A stretch of 42,349 nt of DNA, from IMG/VR virus record IMGVR_UViG_3300029248_000015, one strand, 5' to 3'. The notes beneath the pieces were generated by a model that worked only from the letters and a program-made list of their open reading frames with translations, was not told where the DNA came from and searched no databases. The stretch's first letter is position 1. Each line of letters starts with the position of its first letter. This document shows, piece after piece, positions 23,360-30,854 of the stretch. The position numbers and the translations under genes were made by a program. The stretch comes from a virus.

Positions 23360-25305
23360 TGTACGAGATTTACGGCTATCCAAACGGAGAGCCTACGAAT
23401 GAGCTGCTCATTTACCAGCCCGGAAACACACATGCGCTTGTGCTGTCGCCTAAGCTTACCCGCGAGGTGAGCAAGGGCGGCAGCCTTACTTTTACAATGC
23501 CCCGGGACCACCCGCAGTACGATAACCTGCAAAAAATGTCTACCGTCGTCGTGGCAAAACAGGACGGCAAGGAGATTTGGCGTGGGCGCATTCTCAACCA
23601 CGAGGCAGACTGGTACAACCGTCGTGTGGTTTACTGCGAGGGAGCTTTGAGCTACTTTAACGACAGCTGCGTTACTCCTTTTAACTACCGCGGCACACTG
23701 AAGCAATTTCTGCAGCACCTTGTGGAGGCCCATAACAGCCAGGTTTCGGCAAAAATGAAGCAGTTTGAGCTTGGCACTGTCACGGCAGCGCTGGGTGATC
23801 TTGTCGTAGAATTTGGAGACGCCGACAAATACGGCGTTGGCGAAGACTACGGCAGCATCTGGGACATCATCGACAAGATGGTGCTCAAAACCTTTGGCGG
23901 TTATGCATACTGCACATTTAACGCCGAAACCGGAAACAATGTGCTCAACTACTGTGACCAGGCGGTGGAAGCGCAGCGACTTGTAAACCAAAAAATCCAG
24001 TATGGCGTGAACCTGCTGGACATTACCGAAAAAACGGATACTAACGACCTTTTTACCCGCATTTACCCCATCGGCAACAAGCACACTGTGGACACCTCAA
24101 AGTGGTATTATAAGCTGCTCTGGTGGAAGGACCCTTCCCAGTACAAGCATGAGGAGCGCTACGGCATCATGGGCGCGGACGCGGCGACCATCAAAAAGTA
24201 TCTTCCGGCATCCGGGTATTCTTACAACCTGAAGGAAGGGTGGATACAAAACGACGCCGCAGCGGAGAAATTTGGCATCATTGCCAAAATCCGCGAACAG
24301 GACGCGGACAGCGAAAATGAAGCCTTTGCTTCTGGCGTGCAGGACCTGCAGCAAAACTACGCGATGGTGACAAGCTACACCGTCAAAGCGGTTGACCTGG
24401 TGGATGCAGGGTATACAAACATTGGAGATGATCCGCTTGACCGGCTTACATTTGCCAGCTATGCACATATTATCAGCGAGCCTCACAGCGTGGATGCGAT
24501 CATGCTGTGCACAAAGCTGGTGGAGCCTTTTGACCAGCCGAATAAAAAGGAATACTCCTTCGGCATGACACGGCGGACGCTGACTGACCGACAGGTTGCA
24601 AACCTCGGCCGCACAAATGCGCTTGAGGAGCAGGCCAGCACGAGCGCAAACTCGTCCGAAAAGCTAATGAAGGACCTGACGGACTACAAAAAGTCGAACG
24701 ACAAAGCCGTTGCGGATGCAGCCAAAACGGCTACAAACTTCATCAGCTTTGACCCGCAGCACGGCCTTACGGTCGGGCACGAAACTCTTGCGGACAAAAA
24801 AGTTGTCATTACGGCAGACGGCATTTCCATCACAGATGGTGTTGGCAGCTGTACGATTGACAGCGGAAACATCACGTTCCACGGCATCCGCAACAAAACG
24901 GTGGCGCTGTCCTGGCTGGATGACGCCGGAAACGGCCTTTCCGGCTTTACGGCACAGACGATCGCGCATGACTTCAGCAGCGTTTCTGCAGTCTTGCTGA
25001 CGTTTGAGAGCAACAAGGGCTCCACCTGGCTTGCCAGCGGCGGCGGCGGCGGTGCAACTTCAATGGTTATCCCGGTAAATGGCAAAACCTACTCGATCGT
25101 TTACCCGTGGAACACCATGCACCGGCGAGACGTCGCCGTATACAAAGACAAAATTGTTTTTGGCAATGGTTACGAGCGCACATCCAGTTATGGCGGTGCA
25201 ACAGTCGTGGGCGTGTGGGGCTTTGAGTTGCAGACCCCCGGCAGTGACGGATGGTCGAGAAACGATGCGGTTTGCATCCCCCGCGAGCTTTATGAGTTTA
25301 TGTGA
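23359..25305 (+). CDS. Tail tip / Tal-like minor structural protein (prophage tail endopeptidase-type N-terminal region)
   Basis: tgATG overlap with the tape measure stop. 648 aa. The N-terminal ...LSPKLTREVSKGGSLTFTMPRDHP...IWRGRI...YCEGALSYFND resembles the phage minor structural protein N-terminal region (recollection). Confidence 0.65.
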   Translation: MYEIYGYPNGEPTNELLIYQPGNTHALVLSPKLTREVSKGGSLTFTMPRDHPQYDNLQKMSTVVVAKQDGKEIWRGRILNHEADWYNRRVVYCEGALSYFNDSCVTPFNYRGTLKQFLQHLVEAHNSQVSAKMKQFELGTVTAALGDLVVEFGDADKYGVGEDYGSIWDIIDKMVLKTFGGYAYCTFNAETGNNVLNYCDQAVEAQRLVNQKIQYGVNLLDITEKTDTNDLFTRIYPIGNKHTVDTSKWYYKLLWWKDPSQYKHEERYGIMGADAATIKKYLPASGYSYNLKEGWIQNDAAAEKFGIIAKIREQDADSENEAFASGVQDLQQNYAMVTSYTVKAVDLVDAGYTNIGDDPLDRLTFASYAHIISEPHSVDAIMLCTKLVEPFDQPNKKEYSFGMTRRTLTDRQVANLGRTNALEEQASTSANSSEKLMKDLTDYKKSNDKAVADAAKTATNFISFDPQHGLTVGHETLADKKVVITADGISITDGVGSCTIDSGNITFHGIRNKTVALSWLDDAGNGLSGFTAQTIAHDFSSVSAVLLTFESNKGSTWLASGGGGGATSMVIPVNGKTYSIVYPWNTMHRRDVAVYKDKIVFGNGYERTSSYGGATVVGVWGFELQTPGSDGWSRNDAVCIPRELYEFM

Positions 25306-25314
25306 GGTGCCAAC

Positions 25315-25536
25315 ATGAAAAAAGAAGGGTATGTATACCAGTGCAAGATTTGTTCGGACGGCCGGCTTTACAACGGCGTGTGGTCCGTAGCTTCTGGCGT
25401 CCCGCACCCGCTGCCGGAGAACGTCGTTGTTTTTGACGAGTTCCCGTCCAACATCAACGGCGGTGCCGACTATGTGTGGGACGGCAAAACGCTGACCTAT
25501 AGCCCGGCGGAAAAGACGGAGGAAAGCGCAGAATGA
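25315..25536 (+). CDS. Hypothetical protein (73 aa)
   Basis: RBS GAGGTG. ATGA overlap with the next gene. Confidence 0.55.
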   Translation: MKKEGYVYQCKICSDGRLYNGVWSVASGVPHPLPENVVVFDEFPSNINGGADYVWDGKTLTYSPAEKTEESAE

Positions 25537-25979
25537 TCGACTATAAGGCGCTTGAAAAAGCTGCTGCAGAAAACGCCAAAATTCCAAAGTTTTATGTCCA
25601 GATGGGCGATGGCTTCAAGTCTCTGCTGGAGGAATACGGCCTTCTCCTTTCGAGGGACGGCTTCAGCGTGGGCGCACCGGACGTGGAAGGTGAGCAGGAG
25701 TACCCGCCCGGGTACGACATTGTGCTTGATTTTACGCAGGCTTTGGATAGCAAAGTGCATTTTAAGCAGCGCAAAGTGTCCATGAGCTTCAAGTGTTTCC
25801 GCCCGAAGTCGCAGTGGGAGGACATCCGCAGCCGGATGGAGACCGATCTGCAGGGGCAGTGGCTTGCGTTTTACCGATCTGATGCACCAGAAACGCAGTA
25901 TGAGGGCCAATTTACGGTCGAAATGACGCCTGACAAGCATTATGCGGTGGTGGAGATTTCTGCCGCCTGCACGCCATAA
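25533..25979 (+). CDS. Tail/baseplate protein, paralogue 1 (possibly Dit-N-domain-like)
   Basis: Shares DYKA-E-AAA, SLL..GLL, D.K.H(F/Y)K.RK....F.CFRP.S....I......LQGQW and ...A.C.P with the next ORF. Confidence 0.55.
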   Translation: MIDYKALEKAAAENAKIPKFYVQMGDGFKSLLEEYGLLLSRDGFSVGAPDVEGEQEYPPGYDIVLDFTQALDSKVHFKQRKVSMSFKCFRPKSQWEDIRSRMETDLQGQWLAFYRSDAPETQYEGQFTVEMTPDKHYAVVEISAACTP

Positions 25980-25992
25980 AAGGAGGGATTGA

Positions 25993-26535
25993 GTGGATTA
26001 CAAAGCGGCCGAAGCTGCTGCGGCAAAAAGCGGCTTTAACGATTTCCTTCTCCTTGTGGGCGGAAACACCATTTCTCTGCTACAGAAGTTCGGGCTACTC
26101 TTTGACAAGACCTATCCCCAGATCGGCAAGGCGGAAACGCTTTCGATGCTGGTCAATGTACCAGGAGCCGGTCGTCCGTTGGACCTCAGCCGGTCCATTG
26201 ACGGTAAGCTGCACTACAAAAGCCGCAAAATTACGGTCAAGTTTTCGTGCTTTCGCCCTCAATCGGAGTATGACGGCATTCAAAAAGGACTCGAAAAACT
26301 TTTGCAAGGCCAGTGGGTGTGGTTCAAATTCCGCGAGGATTCGTTTTTTTGGCGCGGGCACACAACGGTAAACTTTGAACGGAAGGCAAACAAAGCGGCG
26401 GTGACGATCACTGCAGTTTGCAACCCGTACAAGTACAACCTGACAGCTTATCTCGGCAACGACTGGCTGTGGGATACGTTTAACTTTGAGACAGACACGA
26501 TCTATACAGAGCGAACGGAGGTGAAACGTCTGTGA
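25993..26535 (+). CDS. Tail/baseplate protein, paralogue 2
   Basis: GTG after AAGGAGGG. Paralogous to 25533..25979, with a 30-aa C-terminal extension. Confidence 0.55.
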   Translation: MDYKAAEAAAAKSGFNDFLLLVGGNTISLLQKFGLLFDKTYPQIGKAETLSMLVNVPGAGRPLDLSRSIDGKLHYKSRKITVKFSCFRPQSEYDGIQKGLEKLLQGQWVWFKFREDSFFWRGHTTVNFERKANKAAVTITAVCNPYKYNLTAYLGNDWLWDTFNFETDTIYTERTEVKRL

Positions 26536-27689
26536 CAAAAACTTTTGCAGATATCATCGACGGCATCCGAAAAGCAGTCCTCGGCGTGGAAGTGCGCGAG
26601 GACATTGCGCAGGGCATGGAGTATGTGGAGCAGTTTGCCGCCACGGCCACCCAAAAAGCCGAAGAAGCTGCATCCAGCGCCGAAAAAGCAGCCCAGGCAA
26701 AGCAGGACACCGAAGCAGCCAAAGAGACGGCTGTGTCTGCAATCAATACTGCGAAATCCGAAGCGACGGACGAGATCAACACTGAAAAAAGCGGCGCGCT
26801 GACCGCGATTGACAAGGCAAAAGAAACAGGCCTGAACGCGCTGAATGAAAAGCAGCAGGCTGCTCTTGACTCAGTGGCCGAAGCTGTATCCACCGCCCAG
26901 TCTGCCGCCGGTACTGCAACTGAGCAGGCCACTGAAGCCGCAACGCAGGCCACCGCCGCCGCGTCCAGCGCGTCCGCAGCGAAGACCAGCGAAAGCAACG
27001 CGAAAGCGTCCGAAACGGAGTCCGCCAAAAACCTGCAAGGAACCAAAGAATATTTCGAGCAGGTACGCACCATCACCATTGGCGCACAGGGCTGGTACGC
27101 CACGCCGGAAGCCCTCAAAGCCGCTGTTCCGGTGGGCGAAAACGGCTGGTGGGCAGTGGTCGGCACGACCGACACCATCTGGACGTGGGACAGCGACACG
27201 GGCGCGTGGAAGGACAGCGTGCAAAAAGCTGATTTATCCGACTACTACACACGGGAACAAGTAAACAGGCTTCTTGAAGCGCAAAAGCTTGCAAATCATC
27301 CCGTGGGCAGCATCTACCAGAGCACTGATGCCGCCAGCCCCGCTGCCCTGTTTGGCGGCACATGGGAGCAGATCGCCCAGGACCGCGTGCTGATGGGTGC
27401 CAGCGACAGCCACCCGGCAGGCAGCACCGTCGAGGCTGGCCTGCCTAATATTACAGGCACAATGACGATTGATGGTGGTTCTGGTATTATGAAGAAAGCA
27501 GACCCACCAAAATATTCTGGGTGCTTTTTCCCGGGAACAGACGAGTATTCGTATTGTCCGGGTGGTGAAAGCTATAATCATGGTTACAATCTTGAATTTA
27601 GCGCTTCAAAAAGTAATAGTATCTATGGTGCGTCTACCACAGTACAACCAGCGGCATATTATGTCTATATATGGCGTCGTGTAAGCTAA
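26532..27689 (+). CDS. Tail fibre / receptor-binding protein (currently expressed C-terminal tip)
   Basis: GTG start. Ala/Glu/Thr-rich coiled-coil N-terminal half. C-terminal ...NHPVGSIYQSTDAASPAALFGGTWEQIAQDRVLMGA is typical of phage tail-fibre/collar tips. Contains the left inverted repeat. Confidence 0.8.
   Translation: MTKTFADIIDGIRKAVLGVEVREDIAQGMEYVEQFAATATQKAEEAASSAEKAAQAKQDTEAAKETAVSAINTAKSEATDEINTEKSGALTAIDKAKETGLNALNEKQQAALDSVAEAVSTAQSAAGTATEQATEAATQATAAASSASAAKTSESNAKASETESAKNLQGTKEYFEQVRTITIGAQGWYATPEALKAAVPVGENGWWAVVGTTDTIWTWDSDTGAWKDSVQKADLSDYYTREQVNRLLEAQKLANHPVGSIYQSTDAASPAALFGGTWEQIAQDRVLMGASDSHPAGSTVEAGLPNITGTMTIDGGSGIMKKADPPKYSGCFFPGTDEYSYCPGGESYNHGYNLEFSASKSNSIYGASTTVQPAAYYVYIWRRVS
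27410..27452 (+). repeat. Left 43-bp inverted repeat (inside the tail fibre CDS)
   Basis: CCACCCGGCAGGCAGCACCGTCGAGGCTGGCCTGCCTAATATT. Its exact reverse complement is at 27913-27955. Confidence 0.95.
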
Positions 27690-27690
27690 A

Positions 27691-27975
27691 TCAAGAAACT
27701 CTTTTCCAAATGTATACAAAATAGGCAGGAGGCTGAACGGTTGTAGCGTTACCATAGATGGAATTAGAACCAGATGCTTCAAATGACATATTTCCATATG
27801 TGGCTGGCATATTACCACCAGAGCGAAGATATGCACTACCTTTAACTGACACAGACACCCCTCCTGTACCCGTTGGGGATTCGCCGAAATAGTTGTCGTT
27901 TAGATTAAATACAATATTAGGCAGGCCAGCCTCGACGGTGCTGCCTGCCGGGTGGGTAGTTGTATCGCTATTTAA
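27691..27975 (-). other. Silent, start-less alternative tail-fibre C-terminal cassette (94 codons, convergent with the expressed tip)
   Basis: Minus-strand open frame LNSDTTTHPAGSTVEAGLPNIVFNLNDNYFGESPTGTGGVSVSVKGSAYLRSGGNMPATYGNMSFEASGSNSIYGNATTVQPPAYFVYIWKRVS*. It has no start codon or RBS. Its end is homologous to the expressed end SNSIYGASTTVQPAAYYVYIWRRVS*. Confidence 0.8.
27913..27955 (-). repeat. Right 43-bp inverted repeat
   Basis: AATATTAGGCAGGCCAGCCTCGACGGTGCTGCCTGCCGGGTGG is the exact reverse complement of 27410-27452. Confidence 0.95.
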
Positions 27976-27995
27976 CTATACAGAAAGGAGACATT

Positions 27996-28421
27996 ATGAA
28001 GATTATTGACGAAAACGGTTCAGTCGTTGAGAAACCCGACCTGACGGCGGGTTATCTTGCCGCCGACACCGAAGCGGTGGAGCACCCGGCCCAGGACGCC
28101 GTGGAGGAGCTGAGCCACTACGAGACGGTGGCAGAGTATCCCAACGGCGGCAAAGACGTGCGCAAGGTCATCGACCGTGCCGCCGTCCCGGCAGCGCCTG
28201 CGTGGACCGAGCAGGTGCCCATCCAGCGGTACATCCGCTACACGGCGGAGGAGCTGGCCCGGCGAGAAAAAGAGCAGCAGGAAGCCCGCCAGCAGCAGGA
28301 AGCACTGGACAAGCTGCCCCAGACGCTGGAAGCGCTGCAGGAAGATAACAAGACGCTGAAAAAAGAAAACGAGATGCTCAAGCAATGCTTGCTTGAAATG
28401 AGCGAGATTGTTTATGCATAA
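27996..28421 (+). CDS. Hypothetical protein with C-terminal coiled coil (tail-fibre/lysis junction)
   Basis: ATG at 27996 after GAAAGGAG. MKIIDENGSVVEKPDLTAGYL.... Confidence 0.6.
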   Translation: MKIIDENGSVVEKPDLTAGYLAADTEAVEHPAQDAVEELSHYETVAEYPNGGKDVRKVIDRAAVPAAPAWTEQVPIQRYIRYTAEELARREKEQQEARQQQEALDKLPQTLEALQEDNKTLKKENEMLKQCLLEMSEIVYA

Positions 28422-28605
28422 AATCACACAAAAATTAGAAAGGTTGGTACGTATGATGGCAATGTTATGGGCACAGGAAATCATGTCTGCTGAGACTGTC
28501 GAGGAGGCAAAGGCGCTGTATGCCCGCTGCCCCCGCTTGCTGAAGGAGAAGGTCAAGGCAATTCTTATCAAAAGCGGCTTTGAGGAGATCGTACAGGAGG
28601 AGTAA
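28408..28605 (+). CDS. Small protein, CD1375/XkdX-like (uncertain)
   Basis: ...AETVEEAKALYARCPRLLKEKVKAILIKSGFEEIV resembles small proteins found before lysis genes in clostridial phages (recollection). Start is uncertain. Confidence 0.45.
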   Translation: MFMHKITQKLERLVRMMAMLWAQEIMSAETVEEAKALYARCPRLLKEKVKAILIKSGFEEIVQEE

Positions 28606-28609
28606 AGCG

Positions 28610-29392
28610 ATGAAAAAACTTTTGGAATTTCTGGTGGGGCTCGTGAAGGTGCTTTTCGGCGTGGACAGCGAAAGTCCTGAGCCGGAAACGCCCAGAGAGA
28701 CTCCCGTTGAGGAGACCGTCACCGGCTGGGAGGGCGACCCGCCATACCGGTACATCGACGTGAGCCGCTATCAGGGCGCGATCGACTGGGCGCAGGTGGC
28801 AGCGGCGGGCTACAAGGGAGCGATGCTCAAGACGGTGAGTACCAACCACAAGCTCTCCAAGCGGGCAGACGGTCTGTACATCGACCCAACCTTTGAGACC
28901 AACTACGCCGGGGCAAGGGCTGCCGGGCTGGACGTGGGCGTCTACTACTACACCTACGCCACCAGCGAAGCGATGGCCGATGCAGAGCTGGCCCTTGTGC
29001 GGCAGGCGGTGTACGGCAAGGAGCTGACCATGCCCCTTGCGGTGGACGTGGAGGAAAACAAACTCAAGCAAATGAGCACCCTCGACCTCACCAACCTCAC
29101 CGCCTACGCGCTGGAACAGGTGGAAAAAATGGGCTTTTACGCCCAACTGTACACCTACACCGGTTACAAGTACGAGCTGGACATGGCTCGGCTGTCCTCT
29201 CGGTGGGACGTCTGGCTGGCCGACTACACGGGCGAGACGCCCAACGTGACGTTTAGCTACAACGCTCACCAGCACACCAGCAAGGGCAGCGTGCCGGGTA
29301 TCACGGGCAACGTTGACCTCAACGTGACTACCATCAACTACCCGAAAATCATCCGCAAGAAGGGTCTGACCCGTCTCCGGGAGGGCGCATGA
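28610..29392 (+). CDS. Endolysin, glycoside hydrolase family 25 muramidase, with hydrophobic N-terminal segment
   Basis: ATG at 28610 after CAGGAGGAG. YIDVSRYQGAIDWAQVAAAGYKGAMLK...DPTFETNYAGARAAGLDVGVYYY is the GH25 signature. N-terminus is MKKLLEFLVGLVKVLFG. Confidence 0.85.
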   Translation: MKKLLEFLVGLVKVLFGVDSESPEPETPRETPVEETVTGWEGDPPYRYIDVSRYQGAIDWAQVAAAGYKGAMLKTVSTNHKLSKRADGLYIDPTFETNYAGARAAGLDVGVYYYTYATSEAMADAELALVRQAVYGKELTMPLAVDVEENKLKQMSTLDLTNLTAYALEQVEKMGFYAQLYTYTGYKYELDMARLSSRWDVWLADYTGETPNVTFSYNAHQHTSKGSVPGITGNVDLNVTTINYPKIIRKKGLTRLREGA

Positions 29393-29640
29393 GCGAGGCA
29401 ATCATCGTAGCGTTTATTACCGGTGTTCTGGGGCTTTTGGGTACCATCTACGCCAACAACAGGGCGGCAAAGGACATGGATGCCAAGCTGGAAAAACAGC
29501 AGGCTATCATGGACACAAAATTGGAAGAACTGACCCGGGAGGTGCGGATGCACAACAATTTTGCCCAGCGCATCCCGGTGATGGAAGAACAAATCAAGGT
29601 GGCAAACCACCGTATTTCTGACCTAGAGAAAGGAGCATAA
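29389..29640 (+). CDS. Lysis-associated membrane protein (N-terminal TM plus coiled coil; holin/XhlA-like)
   Basis: ATGA overlap. MSEAIIVAFITGVLGLLGTIY, then a coiled coil. Confidence 0.5.
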   Translation: MSEAIIVAFITGVLGLLGTIYANNRAAKDMDAKLEKQQAIMDTKLEELTREVRMHNNFAQRIPVMEEQIKVANHRISDLEKGA

Positions 29641-29643
29641 CAC

Positions 29644-29985
29644 ATGGAAACACTGGTATCTAAAGCTGTAAGCATTCTCCCTGCGTGGGCAGCGCTGCTG
29701 CTGATGCTGGGAGGCCTTATCTTCTACGCCCTCGGCTGCATCCGGCTGGGCTATGGTGCCGCGGTGAAGCCTCTGGTGCTTGACCTCATCGAGCGGGCCG
29801 AGCATGAAATTCAGGGTACGAAGCGCGGCGCAGAGCGCAAAGCGTGGGTGACAAAGACCCTGCGGGCCGCCCTCAGCGCCAGCAAGTGGGGCAAGCTTAT
29901 CAGCTGGGCCATCACCGATGAGACTATCGGCAAAGTTATCCAGTTTTTCTTTGACCGCGCAAAGGCAGCACTGCAAAAGCAGTAA
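29644..29985 (+). CDS. Holin (LL-H-family-like)
   Basis: RBS AAAGGAG. N-terminal TM ILPAWAALLLMLGGLIFYALG, then ...GTKRGAERKAWVTKTL... as in LL-H-type holins (recollection). Confidence 0.6.
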   Translation: METLVSKAVSILPAWAALLLMLGGLIFYALGCIRLGYGAAVKPLVLDLIERAEHEIQGTKRGAERKAWVTKTLRAALSASKWGKLISWAITDETIGKVIQFFFDRAKAALQKQ

Positions 29986-29995
29986 GGAGGCTATC

Positions 29996-30178
29996 ATGGC
30001 AAGCACTACATACGAGCAGAAACGATTTTGCGAAATTAAGAGATGCGGCGAAATTGACCATCTCGGTAACGTCCCCGTGATGGTGCGCAACGCCGGACAG
30101 CTGCCGCAGCCTTTCTGGCTCGGTGCTGCTCATGGCGGCGGCTCGTGTAGTGCTGCCCGCTGCGCTGCAAGGGCTTGA
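29996..30178 (+). CDS. Small ORF (60 aa), possibly the 5' part of a split gene
   Basis: Perfect RBS GTAAGGAGG, then 6 nt, then ATG. MASTTYEQKRFCEIKRCGEIDHLGNVPVMVRNAGQLPQPFWLG.... Confidence 0.5.
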   Translation: MASTTYEQKRFCEIKRCGEIDHLGNVPVMVRNAGQLPQPFWLGAAHGGGSCSAARCAARA

Positions 30179-30368
30179 CCGACAGCAAATGACCGCCGCC
30201 ATCAAAATCGCACCGCTTGGGAGGGTAGACCGTAAGATAGCCTTACTTCGGTACGTGGAGCGGCTTCCGCTGCCGGACATTGCAGCGCAGACACATTACA
30301 GCCGGACAGCGATAGGCTACCGGCTGAAAGTTATTGATGAAAAGCTAGACGAAAGGAGCTCACCGTGA
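30123..30368 (+). CDS. Sigma-70 region-4-like HTH protein (81 aa; weak start signals)
   Basis: ...RKIALLRYVERLPLPDIAAQTHYSRTAIGYRLKVIDEKL. GTG 30123 and ATG 30132 both lack an RBS. The frame is open upstream to 30081, overlapping the previous ORF. Confidence 0.5.
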   Translation: MLLMAAARVVLPAALQGLDRQQMTAAIKIAPLGRVDRKIALLRYVERLPLPDIAAQTHYSRTAIGYRLKVIDEKLDERSSP

Positions 30369-30508
30369 ACCTCGAAAATGTTCCGACCGCAAATCTTATT
30401 ACAGAGCTTCGCAAACGCGAGGGCGTGGAAACGACCATTGTCGAGCCATATCAGGACGCAGAGGTCAGCGTCAACGGCCCTGCGCTGGTTCTTGTCGTGA
30501 CGGATTGA
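30365..30508 (+). CDS. BC1881-family-like small protein (47 aa)
   Basis: GTGA overlap. VNLENVPTANLITELRKREGVETTIVEPYQDAEVSVNGPALVLVVTD matches my recollection of the BC1881 family pattern. Below the ORF-track cutoff. Confidence 0.6.
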   Translation: MNLENVPTANLITELRKREGVETTIVEPYQDAEVSVNGPALVLVVTD

Positions 30509-30520
30509 TTGTGGTATAAT
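30492..30520 (+). promoter_or_regulatory. Sigma-70 promoter with extended -10 (TTGTCG-17-TGgTATAAT)
   Basis: cTTGTCGtgacggattgattgTGgTATAAT, overlapping the end of the preceding CDS. Confidence 0.55.
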
Positions 30521-30526
30521 AACATC

Positions 30527-30678
30527 AACAAATCCACCCGGCCTCTCGAAGAAGCACATTAGGGTGGATATCTGAACCCGTCAAGCCTCTCGACGATGCG
30601 TATCATGGCGGGTCTTTTTAGTTGATACAGTCTCCCGCCCGCCTACTTTCAGTGCGTACCATGCGGGAGACGATTTTA
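30527..30678 (+). ncRNA. Candidate structured RNA/leader: three related hairpins with ~22-28-nt loops
   Basis: ATCCACCC..GGGTGGAT (30532-30569). ACCCG..CGGGT followed by a T-run (30576-30619). GTCTCCCGC..GCGGGAGAC (30630-30671). The loops share CCTCTCGA and GCGTAYCATG-like words. Confidence 0.3.
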
Positions 30679-30686
30679 TATGAATT

Positions 30687-30854
30687 ATGGTAAATAAAAT
30701 ATATCACTTTTTGTCCCGTGTTTTGTTCGCTCTGATTATTTTTGGGGCGACATCAAGCGTTCTAAAAACCGTCCTTCCATTTTGGCATAGTGCATTTATA
30801 GGCGTGGTTTTGTCGGTATATGCGTCTTTGCATTATACGCCATACGATTTATGA
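30687..30854 (+). CDS. Possible 55-aa two-TM hydrophobic peptide in a low-GC island (uncertain)
   Basis: MVNKIYHFLSRVLFALIIFGATSSVLKTVLPFWHSAFIGVVLSVYASLHYTPYDL. No Shine-Dalgarno site. Below the ORF-track cutoff. Confidence 0.3.
   Translation: MVNKIYHFLSRVLFALIIFGATSSVLKTVLPFWHSAFIGVVLSVYASLHYTPYDL

Noticed and set aside
27606-27836. Track ORF (76 aa, minus strand) downstream of the tail fibre gene.
   Set aside because: It is in a different minus-strand frame from the one that shows homology to the tail-fibre C-terminus. The homologous frame (27691..27975) has no start codon, so it was not in the track. The 76-aa ORF has no similarity to anything nearby.
26532-27975. A diversity-generating retroelement as the explanation for the duplicated tail-fibre tip.
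   Set aside because: No reverse transcriptase gene is present. The two copies are inverted and differ by whole-segment replacement, not by adenine-specific substitutions in a template/variable repeat pair.
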